Below, piece after piece: positions 1 through 8,237 of a stretch of 64,000 nucleotides of DNA (positions are counted from its first letter, which is position 1; every line of letters starts with the position of its first letter). Location: assembly GCF_002449765.1 (NCBI RefSeq), contig NZ_DJXN01000008.1; one strand, given 5' to 3'. Made by a program: the position numbers and the translations under genes. The notes under the pieces were generated by a model. It saw only the letters and a program-made list of their open reading frames with translations. It was not told the origin of the DNA and made no database searches. The DNA comes from Fibrobacter sp. UBA7003 (lineage in GTDB: Bacteria > Fibrobacterota > Fibrobacteria > Fibrobacterales > Fibrobacteraceae).

Positions 1-2
1 TG

Positions 3-725
3 TTCGATTTCAGGATTTGGCGGATGGGCGAACAGGCGTCGGCGCAGATGGTATCGCCACGCAGGACCAGGTTGCAGAATGGCGTGCGCTATGACCTTTA
101 CTTCTATGGCGGCGAAGACGAGGTGCTGCCTGCCGTGGGTGATTCGGTGCGGCTCATGCCGGGCGCGATCCGGGACCTGGGCGGGAACGTGCCCCATGCG
201 AACAATCCGTGGGTGAGGGTCATTGGCGGCCAGAGATTGCTGGTGGACGTGCCGGGCGTGGTTACGCTTTCGCAGGAGACTGCGGAACAGACTGCATCCT
301 GGGAAGGCGGCGTGCACACGTTCGCTATTCCGCCCGAGATGTCCTTGAAGGATGCCGTGGAACAGACGGGCCTTCCGGGGCAGCTTTTGAACTACGATTT
401 GCAGGAACTGGGCCTTACGGCGAGCGATTCGGTGTCCATCGATTCTATCCGCATCGAATGGGAAGTGAGCTATTTTTCGAACCTTGGCCAGTTTGTGAAC
501 CGGGCGAAGGGTTCCGTGGCTTGTTCCGACACTGCGGTGTTCAATGGAGACTGCCGCTCGAATCCGGCGAAGGTATTCCTCGCATGGAACGCCCGCAGCG
601 AGAATGGAAGGCTCGTGGGCACGGGCGCGTATGTATCGAAGCTCGAATGGCGCGTGAAGGCGGGGCGCGAGACTGTCGGCAAGCGCGACGACACGTTCAC
701 GATGGGGGTAAAGCGCGGGAAGTAG
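3..725 (+). CDS. 3' part of a hypothetical protein whose frame is open to the left window edge (first in-frame ATG at 24)
   Basis: No stop from nt 3 to TAG 723-725. Composition looks coding. No family recognised. Confidence 0.5.
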   Translation, partial: FDFRIWRMGEQASAQMVSPRRTRLQNGVRYDLYFYGGEDEVLPAVGDSVRLMPGAIRDLGGNVPHANNPWVRVIGGQRLLVDVPGVVTLSQETAEQTASWEGGVHTFAIPPEMSLKDAVEQTGLPGQLLNYDLQELGLTASDSVSIDSIRIEWEVSYFSNLGQFVNRAKGSVACSDTAVFNGDCRSNPAKVFLAWNARSENGRLVGTGAYVSKLEWRVKAGRETVGKRDDTFTMGVKRGK

Positions 726-726
726 C

Positions 727-1680
727 CTAGCGGCCGACCTGCGCGTGGGACAATCCGTTGTTCCTGTAGAAGGGGATGTCGGCAAGGACATCCTGCACCC
801 AGCCGTTCTTGAGCGGGCTCTTGCGCCACTCGGCGTTTAGCCCCTGGATGCTGTTTTCGGGATAGAAGGCGGCGATGGCGTCTTCTTCGCTCTTGGCGGT
901 ATCGAGGGCTGCCTTCAGCATGCGCGCCCCGGTGCGGATTTGCGCGAGGCCGTCTCCTGAATCCAGTGCGAGCAGGCCGCGTCCGGTCTTTTCGCCTTTG
1001 TAGTTGAAGTCGAATCCCGAAATGTGGCGGATGATGGACATGAGCATGGCGGGGTCGACCTTTTCGCGGAGGCTTGCTTCCAGGACGGGAAGGGCGCAGA
1101 GCTGTTCGTTGTCCCAGGGGCTTCCCCTGTATGTGATTTCGAGCTCGTGGCTTTCGCCCTTGCTTTGCATCCTTATGGAATAGCGCGGGCCGAGTCTTTT
1201 TTGCACGCCCTTCGTAATCTTGATAGTCCTGTTCTTGAATTGCTTGTAGCCGTCGAAGGAGAGGACCAGCGTGTCGTCGAGGCGCACGAGCCTTGCCGTG
1301 GTGGGCCTGTTGACCATTTCGTGGTAGACTTCGACGAGGACGGGGAGCGTGTGCGCAAGTTCGGGCTTCGGGCTTTCGAGGTTGCACCGGGAATCGATCG
1401 CGATGGCACCGCTTGCTTCCATTGCGGAGACGAGCGTGCGGGAGTAGCTCTCGAATATGTGCCTTGCGTCCAGCGGTTCGGGGGCGGCTGGCTTCGGATG
1501 GAGCACGAAGATGGTGGCGATGGCGATGATCGCTACGACAGCCGCGGCGCACGCGATGCGGATTTTGCGGCTGCGCCACAGGATTTTCAGCATGGCCCTC
1601 CCTTTCGGTGTCGAGAGGACGATACCGAGCATGCCGATGGATATGGCAAACCAGAGCGCTATGAGAATTGCGATGACCAC
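727..1680 (-). CDS. membrane-anchored protein with a degenerate SLT-like (lytic transglycosylase fold) C-terminal region
   Basis: 317-aa ORF with N-terminal hydrophobic segments. IIRHISGFDFNYKGEKTGRGLLAL and AIAAFYPENS align by eye with the SLT signature (E-S-x-F ... G-x-x-G-L-M-Q ... A-Y-N-x-G), but the Glu position is Ile. Start codon uncertain. Confidence 0.45.
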   Translation of the reverse strand: MVIAILIALWFAISIGMLGIVLSTPKGRAMLKILWRSRKIRIACAAAVVAIIAIATIFVLHPKPAAPEPLDARHIFESYSRTLVSAMEASGAIAIDSRCNLESPKPELAHTLPVLVEVYHEMVNRPTTARLVRLDDTLVLSFDGYKQFKNRTIKITKGVQKRLGPRYSIRMQSKGESHELEITYRGSPWDNEQLCALPVLEASLREKVDPAMLMSIIRHISGFDFNYKGEKTGRGLLALDSGDGLAQIRTGARMLKAALDTAKSEEDAIAAFYPENSIQGLNAEWRKSPLKNGWVQDVLADIPFYRNNGLSHAQVGR

Positions 1681-1710
1681 AGCTGCAATATAAATTCTAT
1701 TTTAGCGCCC

Positions 1711-2094
1711 ATGATGGATGCTTTGAAAAATGTTGTTGTAATTGGCGACCGAGTGTTGATAAAGTCCCTGGAGGCGTCGAACCGAACGGGGAGCGGGCTA
1801 TACCTGCCGCCGAGCGTGAAGGACCATGACGCCGTGCATGCGGGGCTCGTGATGCGGGTCGGACCCGGATACCCGATTCCCGCGAACCGCGATCCGGATT
1901 CCATCTTTACGGGCGAAAGGGAAGATGCGGTGAACTATGTGCCGCTCCAGGTCCATGAAGGCGACGAGGCGCTCTACCTGCATGCGAGCGGAACCGAAAT
2001 AGAAATCAACGGCGAAAAGTATGTCATCGTCGGGCAGAACGCGATCCTGCTCGTGATGCGAAACGAGATTCCCGACAGTATCGATAACCTCTAG
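1711..2094 (+). CDS. GroES/Cpn10-like co-chaperone family protein
   Basis: An internal ATG of ORF 1024..2094 gives 127 aa. IGDRVLIK ... GSGLYLP ... GLVMRVGPG ... EGDEALY ... YVIVGQNAILLVM follows the Cpn10 pattern. No groEL adjacent. Confidence 0.6.
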   Translation: MMDALKNVVVIGDRVLIKSLEASNRTGSGLYLPPSVKDHDAVHAGLVMRVGPGYPIPANRDPDSIFTGEREDAVNYVPLQVHEGDEALYLHASGTEIEINGEKYVIVGQNAILLVMRNEIPDSIDNL

Positions 2095-3560
2095 GACGCC
2101 TTGCCGTCGAGTTTGGCGTGCGCTTCCTTGATTTTGGAAATCAGAACGGAAGTCGCGTCGAATTCTTCCTTGATTTGTCCGAGGATTTCGTCAAAGAGCT
2201 GCTGGTTACAGAACAGCTCGTTGCGGTTCTGCTTGAGGCTGCGGTAGGTATCGCGCAGGCTCAGGAGCGTCTTGGATTCGCGTTCCATGGAGGCGTTGAC
2301 TTCCTTCCGGATTTCTTCGCGCTGGATTTTCTTTTGCGCGATGATGTCGGGGTCGTTTTCGCTCAGGATATAGGTCGGGAGCGTTGCGTAATCTTCGAAC
2401 TTGCCTGTCTTGAGGGTGCTGTTGCTGGAACGGACCACGTTGGTGCGCAGCCCGATGCCCTTGACTGCGGAGTCGATGGCGATGGAACAGTTGGAAGTGC
2501 CGTGATAGTTGCAGCGCACGCGCTTTTCGACCTGGCGCAGTTCGTTGTACGGGTTGAAGTCGCCATCCGTTTCGATATAGCGGAGCGGAACATAGAGCGG
2601 CGTGGATTCGCCGGCGATTGTAACTTTGTACATAACGCAGGCTTCGTTGTTGAATTCCCTGGTGTCGTATTTGTTGTTGCTGCTGTTCAGCAGCCTGTCG
2701 ATGCGGGCGAGGAGGTCGTCGGCATCGTAGCGCTTTTCATGGATTTCCGGGATGTTTTTCAGGAGGATTTCGAGGGCTATCTTCTTGTAGCCTTCGACAA
2801 TAATCTTGTTCGAAATGGTGCGGCCCCAGATGTTTGTGCCGAGGAAGAAGGTGTCCATGAGGCTGGCTTCGGTGCGCCCGTTGAAGAAGGCGGCGGCCTT
2901 TGCGATGTTGCTTAGGACCATCCATTTCTTGATGGAGACGTAGATGTTGTTTGAGTCGCAGAGTTCGGCGAGCTTGCCGATCATGTCGAGCGCATCGGCA
3001 GAGAATGCAATCTTGTTGATTTTCTCTTTCCATTCCGCGGATTCTTCTGGCGTGATGGTGAGTTCTGCGGGGATGTCGGTCAGGGTCACATCGCGGGGGG
3101 TCGTGAGCAGCTGACAGAGGGCGCTTGCCGAGATGCTGTCGGGGAGGGCGACGGTGAGCGCTATCTTGTCTACAATCTCACCGCGGGTCAGGGCCACTTC
3201 GGGGCGCAGGTCGCCCGAAATGATGACCGGCGTGCCGGCGCGATCCTGGAGCGCAATCTGCACGCTCTCTTTTTGGCGCTCGTTCGTGACGTCGTAGCTC
3301 TGGAATACGATAAGGTTATAGTCGCTGAGCTTGGAGGGAATTTCCTGGATGCGCCTGCCGATGCGGAGCACCTTGGCGTTCTTGAATGCGGCGACGAGCC
3401 TGTCGATGACGATGGCCTTGCCGGAGCCGGAGCGGCCGTAGAGGTAGAACGGTTCACGGACGATGGTCGTGAGAAAGGCAAGTTCGATACAGAATTCGCG
3501 TTCGGGGATGCCTGCGGAGAGGGCGTTCATCAAATCCTTAATACGCGTAGAGAGATTCAT
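2091..3560 (-). CDS. AAA+ ATPase-like protein (RavA/MoxR-like N-terminal layout) with a non-canonical Walker B
   Basis: 489-aa ORF. Walker A-like GRSGSGKA follows a RavA-like leader (IKDLMNALSAGIPEREFCIELAFL). The expected hhhhDE position reads LIVFQS. Confidence 0.55.
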   Translation of the reverse strand: MNLSTRIKDLMNALSAGIPEREFCIELAFLTTIVREPFYLYGRSGSGKAIVIDRLVAAFKNAKVLRIGRRIQEIPSKLSDYNLIVFQSYDVTNERQKESVQIALQDRAGTPVIISGDLRPEVALTRGEIVDKIALTVALPDSISASALCQLLTTPRDVTLTDIPAELTITPEESAEWKEKINKIAFSADALDMIGKLAELCDSNNIYVSIKKWMVLSNIAKAAAFFNGRTEASLMDTFFLGTNIWGRTISNKIIVEGYKKIALEILLKNIPEIHEKRYDADDLLARIDRLLNSSNNKYDTREFNNEACVMYKVTIAGESTPLYVPLRYIETDGDFNPYNELRQVEKRVRCNYHGTSNCSIAIDSAVKGIGLRTNVVRSSNSTLKTGKFEDYATLPTYILSENDPDIIAQKKIQREEIRKEVNASMERESKTLLSLRDTYRSLKQNRNELFCNQQLFDEILGQIKEEFDATSVLISKIKEAHAKLDGKAS

Positions 3561-3620
3561 TTTCTATTCCTTCTTGCGGTTTGCGCGTTGCATAAAAAAT
3601 AATAACGTGAGGTCATCCGT

Positions 3621-4514
3621 TTAGCGCCCTGTGTTCGCGCGGGCTGCGATAAGCGCGTTTTTGGCGGAGTCCGAGACGAGAACCCGCTGGCGGGCGATAA
3701 AGACTGCATGTTCATTTTGGAGTTCCGGGGGGAGCCTTGCGAAGTCCTTCTCGGTGATGACGACTTGTTCGCCATCGCGGAGAAGGGCCTCGAGGATACG
3801 CCGCAGGCGCCTGTCGTGGTCGCGGAGCGCGATGGTGCGGGTCGCGCGGATTCCCGAAGCGGCGACGTCGCTTGCGAACCGGGACGGGTCGGCTATGCCG
3901 CAGAGGAGGACCGGGTCGCGGCTGAGGGAATTGCCCGCTGCGTTCTCGATGCCCGCGATGCCGAAGGTGACATCGGCATCGGCGCCCGTATGCGCGCTCG
4001 CGCAACGGAGCGCGATTGCGGGCGCCGCATGATCCGTTGCCATGCTCCGGAACATGCCCGCGGGCACGAGGCTTTCGGTGTGCACGGGCGGGTCTTCCCA
4101 GTCGAGGCGGATGACTGTGGCACCGGAAAGTCGGGTGTCCTCGAATCCGTCGTCGCAGACGATCGCATCGAATTCGCCGTCGAGTTCGTGGGCGGTGCGG
4201 TAGCGGTTGCCTGTCGAGAATACCTGGACCTGCGGCAATTGCGCGAGCCTTCGCCGTAGCATTTGCGCTTCGTCGCGGGCTTTCGCATGGCAAAGGACCG
4301 CGATACGCCCGGCGCCCTGTTCGCGGAGGAAGCGGACGAACCACGCGGTGAACGGACTCTTGCCCGCGCCCCCGATGCGGAAGCTTCCTATTACATACAA
4401 GCTAGAATTTTGGAGCGGCTGCCCGGGCTTGAGGCAAAGGCGGTGGTGGAGCCGGTATGCGGCATGGTAACAGGCGGCAAGGCATGTGAGCGGGAAGCGC
4501 GTTAATGTGTTCAT
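3621..4514 (-). CDS. lpxK: tetraacyldisaccharide 4'-kinase
   Basis: IGSFRIGGAGKSP, DDGFED, VPAGMFR, CGIADPSRF and ITEKDFAR match the E. coli LpxK blocks VGNLTAGGNGKTP, DDGLQH, LPAGPMRE, AGIGHPPRFF and TEKDAVK in the same order. Confidence 0.75.
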   Translation of the reverse strand: MNTLTRFPLTCLAACYHAAYRLHHRLCLKPGQPLQNSSLYVIGSFRIGGAGKSPFTAWFVRFLREQGAGRIAVLCHAKARDEAQMLRRRLAQLPQVQVFSTGNRYRTAHELDGEFDAIVCDDGFEDTRLSGATVIRLDWEDPPVHTESLVPAGMFRSMATDHAAPAIALRCASAHTGADADVTFGIAGIENAAGNSLSRDPVLLCGIADPSRFASDVAASGIRATRTIALRDHDRRLRRILEALLRDGEQVVITEKDFARLPPELQNEHAVFIARQRVLVSDSAKNALIAARANTGR

Positions 4515-4544
4515 GTCGTTGCGGCGTCCTGGCCGTAGGCCATG

Positions 4545-5627
4545 CTACAGGCAGTGGCGTTTCTGCTGCAGGTAGAGGTCGGCAAGCACGATAGCGGCCA
4601 TGCTTTCGACGATGACCGGCGCGCGTACCGCGACGCACGGGTCGTGGCGGCCTTTGGCGGCGAGTTCTCCGTTCTCCCCTCCGCGGCCGGCGGTCTTCTG
4701 CGCTTGCGCGATTGTCGCGGTGGGCTTGAACGCCATGCGGCAGAGGATGTCTTCGCCGTTGCTGATTCCTCCGACGCAGCCGCCCGCGTTGTTTGTGCGC
4801 GTGCGGTATTGCTTGCCGTCGAAGTAGATTTCGTCGTTGTGGCGGCTGCCGCGCATGCGCGCGGCGGCGAACCCGCTGCCGATCTCGAAACCCTTGCAGG
4901 CGGGGATGCTGAGCATCGCCTGGGCGAGCAGCGCGTCGAGCCTGTCGAACACGGGTTCGCCGAGTGCGGCGGGGACGCCGCGCACCAGCAGCCGCACCGT
5001 GCCGCCGATGCTGTCGGCGTTCTTCTTCGCGTCGAGGATTTCTTCTTCCATTTTCATGCCCGCTTCGGGAACGGGACAGCGGACGGGAGAGGCTTCGATA
5101 GATTCGTGCGTGAGTGTACCGATGTCGAATTCGGGGCAGTCGATGTTGCCGACGGAATCGACCCACGCGATAAATTCTGTTCCGGCGACCTGTGCGAGGA
5201 ACTTGCGTGCGACGGCGCCCGCGCAGACCCTGCCGATGGTTTCGCGTGCGGAACTGCGTCCGCCGCCGCGGTAGTCGCGGAACCCGTACTTCATGTCGTA
5301 GCAGAGGTCGGCATGTCCCGGTCTGTACCATTTCTCGATATCCGCGTAGTCATGGCTTCGCTGGTCCTCGTTGAATACGGCGAACGAGATGGGAGTCCCG
5401 GTCGTCTTGCCTTCGAAAACGCCGCTCAGGATCCTGACCTTGTCCTTTTCGTCGCGGGCGGTGGTCATCGCGCCCTGCCCCGGGCGCCTGCGGTCGAGGT
5501 AAAACTGGATGTCTTCTTCGCAGAGGGGAAGCCCTGCCGGGCATCCGTCCACGACGGCGCCTACTGCCGGACCGTGGGATTCGCCCCAGGTCGTCACGCT
5601 GAAAATTTTGCCAAAAGTGCTAGCCAT
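4545..5627 (-). CDS. aroC: chorismate synthase
   Basis: From an internal ATG (complement of 5625-5627) the protein is 360 aa and starts MASTFGKIFSVTTWGESHGPAVGAVVDGCPAGL, the canonical AroC N-terminus. The upstream 200 codons of ORF 4545..6233 are non-coding-like. Confidence 0.9.
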   Translation of the reverse strand: MASTFGKIFSVTTWGESHGPAVGAVVDGCPAGLPLCEEDIQFYLDRRRPGQGAMTTARDEKDKVRILSGVFEGKTTGTPISFAVFNEDQRSHDYADIEKWYRPGHADLCYDMKYGFRDYRGGGRSSARETIGRVCAGAVARKFLAQVAGTEFIAWVDSVGNIDCPEFDIGTLTHESIEASPVRCPVPEAGMKMEEEILDAKKNADSIGGTVRLLVRGVPAALGEPVFDRLDALLAQAMLSIPACKGFEIGSGFAAARMRGSRHNDEIYFDGKQYRTRTNNAGGCVGGISNGEDILCRMAFKPTATIAQAQKTAGRGGENGELAAKGRHDPCVAVRAPVIVESMAAIVLADLYLQQKRHCL

Positions 5628-5723
5628 GTTGCAAAATATAGATAAAGAGGCCCTAAAACCGTCCGGACGGCCCATTTTTGCTGAAAGTTTACTATCTTTT
5701 ACAAAGGTTTTAGGAGATAGTCC

Positions 5724-6305
5724 GTGTCCATGTTTAGAAATATCATCGTCTTGTTGCTGCTGGCGCTTTCCATGGAAGCGTTCGCGCAGCGCAATGGCGA
5801 ACTCGAATTTGCCGGTATCCCCTTTGGCGCCTCGCGCGAGACAGTGATTGAAGAGGTGATGAAGATGGGCTACGAGCCCTTCGGCCAGATGGGCAAGGGT
5901 GAGCGGGTTGTGCTTCCCATGTTCAATTTCGGCGAACTGCCGGTTCAGGTTTCTTTCATCTTTAACGCGAACGACAAGTTCTACGCTTTTGAAATCCGCA
6001 CGGGCAAGGTGGAGGCGAGCCGCAGGTTCAAGGCCATCGAGGCTGCGGAATACATGTCGGAACAGTTTACGCTCAAGTACGGCAAGCCTTCGCAGGCGCC
6101 GACGCTTGTTGAATCCGCCATCAAGGAAGGCCGCAACAACTACCAGGAATGGTTCGGGGTCAAGGTCCTGAACGCCTTTACGGCTGTCGTCGGCAAGTCC
6201 AACCGCTATTTCGTTCTTGGCTACGTGGAGCACCGCACCCTCGCGAAGGAAGGGCTCGCGCAGAAGAAGGGCAAGGAAAAGGGAAGCGACCAGCCGGTGT
6301 TCTAG
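5724..6305 (+). CDS. secreted hypothetical protein
   Basis: 193-aa ORF with a signal-peptide-like N-terminus (IIVLLLLALSMEAFAQ). Followed by a terminator hairpin. Confidence 0.6.
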   Translation: MSMFRNIIVLLLLALSMEAFAQRNGELEFAGIPFGASRETVIEEVMKMGYEPFGQMGKGERVVLPMFNFGELPVQVSFIFNANDKFYAFEIRTGKVEASRRFKAIEAAEYMSEQFTLKYGKPSQAPTLVESAIKEGRNNYQEWFGVKVLNAFTAVVGKSNRYFVLGYVEHRTLAKEGLAQKKGKEKGSDQPVF

Positions 6306-6350
6306 GTCGGACCTCGCCCCTAAGTCTAAGATAGATAATAAGTTAAAAAG

Positions 6351-6381
6351 AAAACCCCGCCTATGCGGGGTTTGTTATTTT
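6351..6381. terminator. bidirectional rho-independent terminator between convergent genes
   Basis: Stem AAACCCCGC (6352-6360), loop CTAT, stem GCGGGGTTT (6365-6373), with T-runs on both strands. Confidence 0.6.
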
Positions 6382-6413
6382 GTTCTGAAAAAAATAAACT
6401 TATGTAAACTTTG

Positions 6414-6827
6414 TCACACGTCGCGGTCCCTGTTGCACTGCGGGCAGAGCCCGAACATGTAGAGCGACGCTCCGGTGAGCGAACAGCCTTCGGGGAGCAT
6501 CTGTTCGCAACCTTCCGGGACGCTGTCGATGTCGATGACCCTGCCGCATTTTTCGCATCGGAAATGGCTGTGCGGTTTGGTCTCGCCGTCGTAGCGCAGG
6601 AACCCTTCGCCGAAGTCCAGCGAGAGGGCGAGCCCTTTTTCCGCGAACAGTTCGAGCGTGTTGTAGACGGTCGTCCGCGAGAGCCCGGGATTGCCTGGCA
6701 GCAGCGCCTGGTAGATGGAATCCACCGACGGGTGCGAATGGACGCTTTTCAGGTAGTCGAGAATGAGGACCCGCTGTAGCGACGGGCGGATCCCGCATTC
6801 TTGAAGCATGACGGAAGCGGATGCCAT
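6414..6827 (-). CDS. Fur-family transcriptional regulator (PerR-like by context)
   Basis: 137 aa. Wing-helix RTTVYNTLELF, HSHFRCEKCG and a C-terminal CPQC metal site. Starts 3 nt after the rubrerythrin stop. Confidence 0.8.
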   Translation of the reverse strand: MASASVMLQECGIRPSLQRVLILDYLKSVHSHPSVDSIYQALLPGNPGLSRTTVYNTLELFAEKGLALSLDFGEGFLRYDGETKPHSHFRCEKCGRVIDIDSVPEGCEQMLPEGCSLTGASLYMFGLCPQCNRDRDV

Positions 6828-6830
6828 CGC

Positions 6831-7385
6831 TTACTTGAAGTAGCGTCCGAGCAGGCCCTGGAAGGCTCCGCCGTGGCGGGCCTCGTCTTTGCACATTTCG
6901 TGGACGGTATCGTGGATGGCGTCGTAGCCGAGTTCCTTCGCACGCTTCGCGAGGGCGAGCTTGCCTTCGGTGGCGCCCGCTTCGGCGGCGACGCGGAGTT
7001 CGAGGTTCTTCTTGGTGTCGGGGTAGACGACTTCGCCGAGGAGTTCTGCGAACTTGGCGGCATGTTCGGCTTCCTCGAAGGCGATGCGCTTGTAGGCCTC
7101 GGCGACTTCGGGGAACCCTTCGCGGTCGGCCTGGCGGCTCATGGCGAGATACATGCCGACTTCGGTGCATTCGCCTGCGAAATTCTCGCGCAGTCCCTGG
7201 ACGACCTCGGCATCGAGACCCTGGGCGACTCCGATCTTGTGTTCGTCGGCCCATACGATCTTGCCGCTAGACTTGTCCTCCTTTTCGAAGAACTTGCTCT
7301 TGGGAGCGTGGCACTGGGGGCATTCGTCCGGAGCCTCGGGGCCCATGTGGACATAACCGCAGACTTTGCAAACCCATACTTTCAT
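6831..7385 (-). CDS. rbr: rubrerythrin with an N-terminal rubredoxin-like domain (reverse rubrerythrin arrangement)
   Basis: N-terminal CKVCGYV ... CPQCHAPK, followed by ferritin-like E..H motifs (FEEAEHA, DEARHG). Confidence 0.85.
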   Translation of the reverse strand: MKVWVCKVCGYVHMGPEAPDECPQCHAPKSKFFEKEDKSSGKIVWADEHKIGVAQGLDAEVVQGLRENFAGECTEVGMYLAMSRQADREGFPEVAEAYKRIAFEEAEHAAKFAELLGEVVYPDTKKNLELRVAAEAGATEGKLALAKRAKELGYDAIHDTVHEMCKDEARHGGAFQGLLGRYFK

Positions 7386-7490
7386 TTGTGTCTCCTGTCC
7401 CGCTTGGCGGGGGTTTGGGTGTTTGTAACTGTGATTATGGAAATTATAAAATCACGATCGCGCTTTGTCAATCGTTTTGTTATAAATTTT

Positions 7491-7503
7491 TGTAATTATT
7501 ACA
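7491..7503. promoter_or_regulatory. Fur/PerR-box-like palindrome upstream of the rbr/Fur-family operon
   Basis: TGTAAT-T-ATTACA is a perfect 6-1-6 inverted repeat about 106 nt upstream of the rbr ATG. It resembles the AT-rich 7-1-7 Fur-family box. Confidence 0.35.
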
Positions 7504-7538
7504 GGAATTCTGTTTTTTCGGCTTGCGGCGGGTCCCTG

Positions 7539-8195
7539 CTAGCCCTTGAAGTCGTCGAGGGCGTCGTTCGGGCCCATGAGGAACAGCACGTCGTTTTCCT
7601 TGAGCACGTAGTCGGCGAGGTTGCCTATCTTGGGCTTGGTCTCGAGCGGGTCGCGGATGGCGATGACCTGGATGCCGTACTTGTGCGTGAGCGAGAGGTC
7701 CTTGAGGGTCTTGCCCTGGAACTTTTCGGGGCACACGACCTCGACGATGGAGAAGCCTTCCATGAACGGCAGGAAGTCGAGCATGTTCGGCCTGTTCAGG
7801 CGTTCGGCGAGCGCGATGGCGCTGTCGCGTTCCGGGTGGAAGATGTCGGATACGCCGAGCTTCTCGAGGATGCTCGAGTGGGCGGCGCTAGAGGACTTCG
7901 CGATGATGTGCTTTACGCCGAGTTCCTTCAGGTTCAGTACGGTAAGGAGGCTTGCTTCCAGGTTCTCGCCGATACAGACGATGACGGAGTCCGCCTTCTG
8001 GAGCGGGATGCTCGCGAGCTGCTTCTTGCGTGTGGAGTCGGCGACCATGGCCTGCGATACGGTGCTGGAGATGTCCTGCACCTTTTCGGGGTGGTTGTCC
8101 ACAACGAGCACGTCGTGGCCGAGGCTCGTCAGGTGACGGGCCAGAAAGATGGCGGAGTTGCCGAGCCCGATGATGATGTACTGTTTAGATGCCAT
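7539..8195 (-). CDS. trkA: Trk/Ktr potassium uptake system, NAD-binding peripheral subunit
   Basis: 218 aa. Rossmann motif IIIGLGNSAIFLARHL, an RCK-C-like C-terminus, and an adjacent TrkH gene. Confidence 0.85.
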   Translation of the reverse strand: MASKQYIIIGLGNSAIFLARHLTSLGHDVLVVDNHPEKVQDISSTVSQAMVADSTRKKQLASIPLQKADSVIVCIGENLEASLLTVLNLKELGVKHIIAKSSSAAHSSILEKLGVSDIFHPERDSAIALAERLNRPNMLDFLPFMEGFSIVEVVCPEKFQGKTLKDLSLTHKYGIQVIAIRDPLETKPKIGNLADYVLKENDVLFLMGPNDALDDFKG

Positions 8196-8237
8196 GGGCT
8201 ATAATTTAGTAATCAATCCCTAATTATCAATTGATGA

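Noticed and set aside
470-1579. 369-aa minus-strand ORF, and similar Arg/Pro/His-rich ORFs at 4402-5331, 6400-7254, 9527-10735, 11599-13206, 24710-26410, 46004-47110, 48448-49719, 51395-53392 and 54481-56766.
   Set aside because: Their composition (runs of R, P, H, G) is characteristic of out-of-frame or antisense reading of GC-rich coding DNA. Each one overlaps a gene with recognisable family motifs.
1024-1710. N-terminal 229 codons of ORF 1024-2094.
   Set aside because: This part is antisense to the 727-1680 gene and has non-protein-like sequence. The GroES-like similarity begins only at the ATG at 1711.
2091-2094. Convergent genes with overlapping or abutting stops (CTAG at 2091-2094, 725/727 and 27254/27257), considered as a special regulatory arrangement.
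   Set aside because: This is common in compact bacterial genomes, and there is no further sequence evidence for function. It is noted only as a curiosity.
5628-6233. Upstream extension of the aroC ORF (4545-6233).
   Set aside because: The canonical chorismate synthase N-terminus begins at the ATG at 5627. The extension overlaps the well-formed plus-strand gene 5724-6305.
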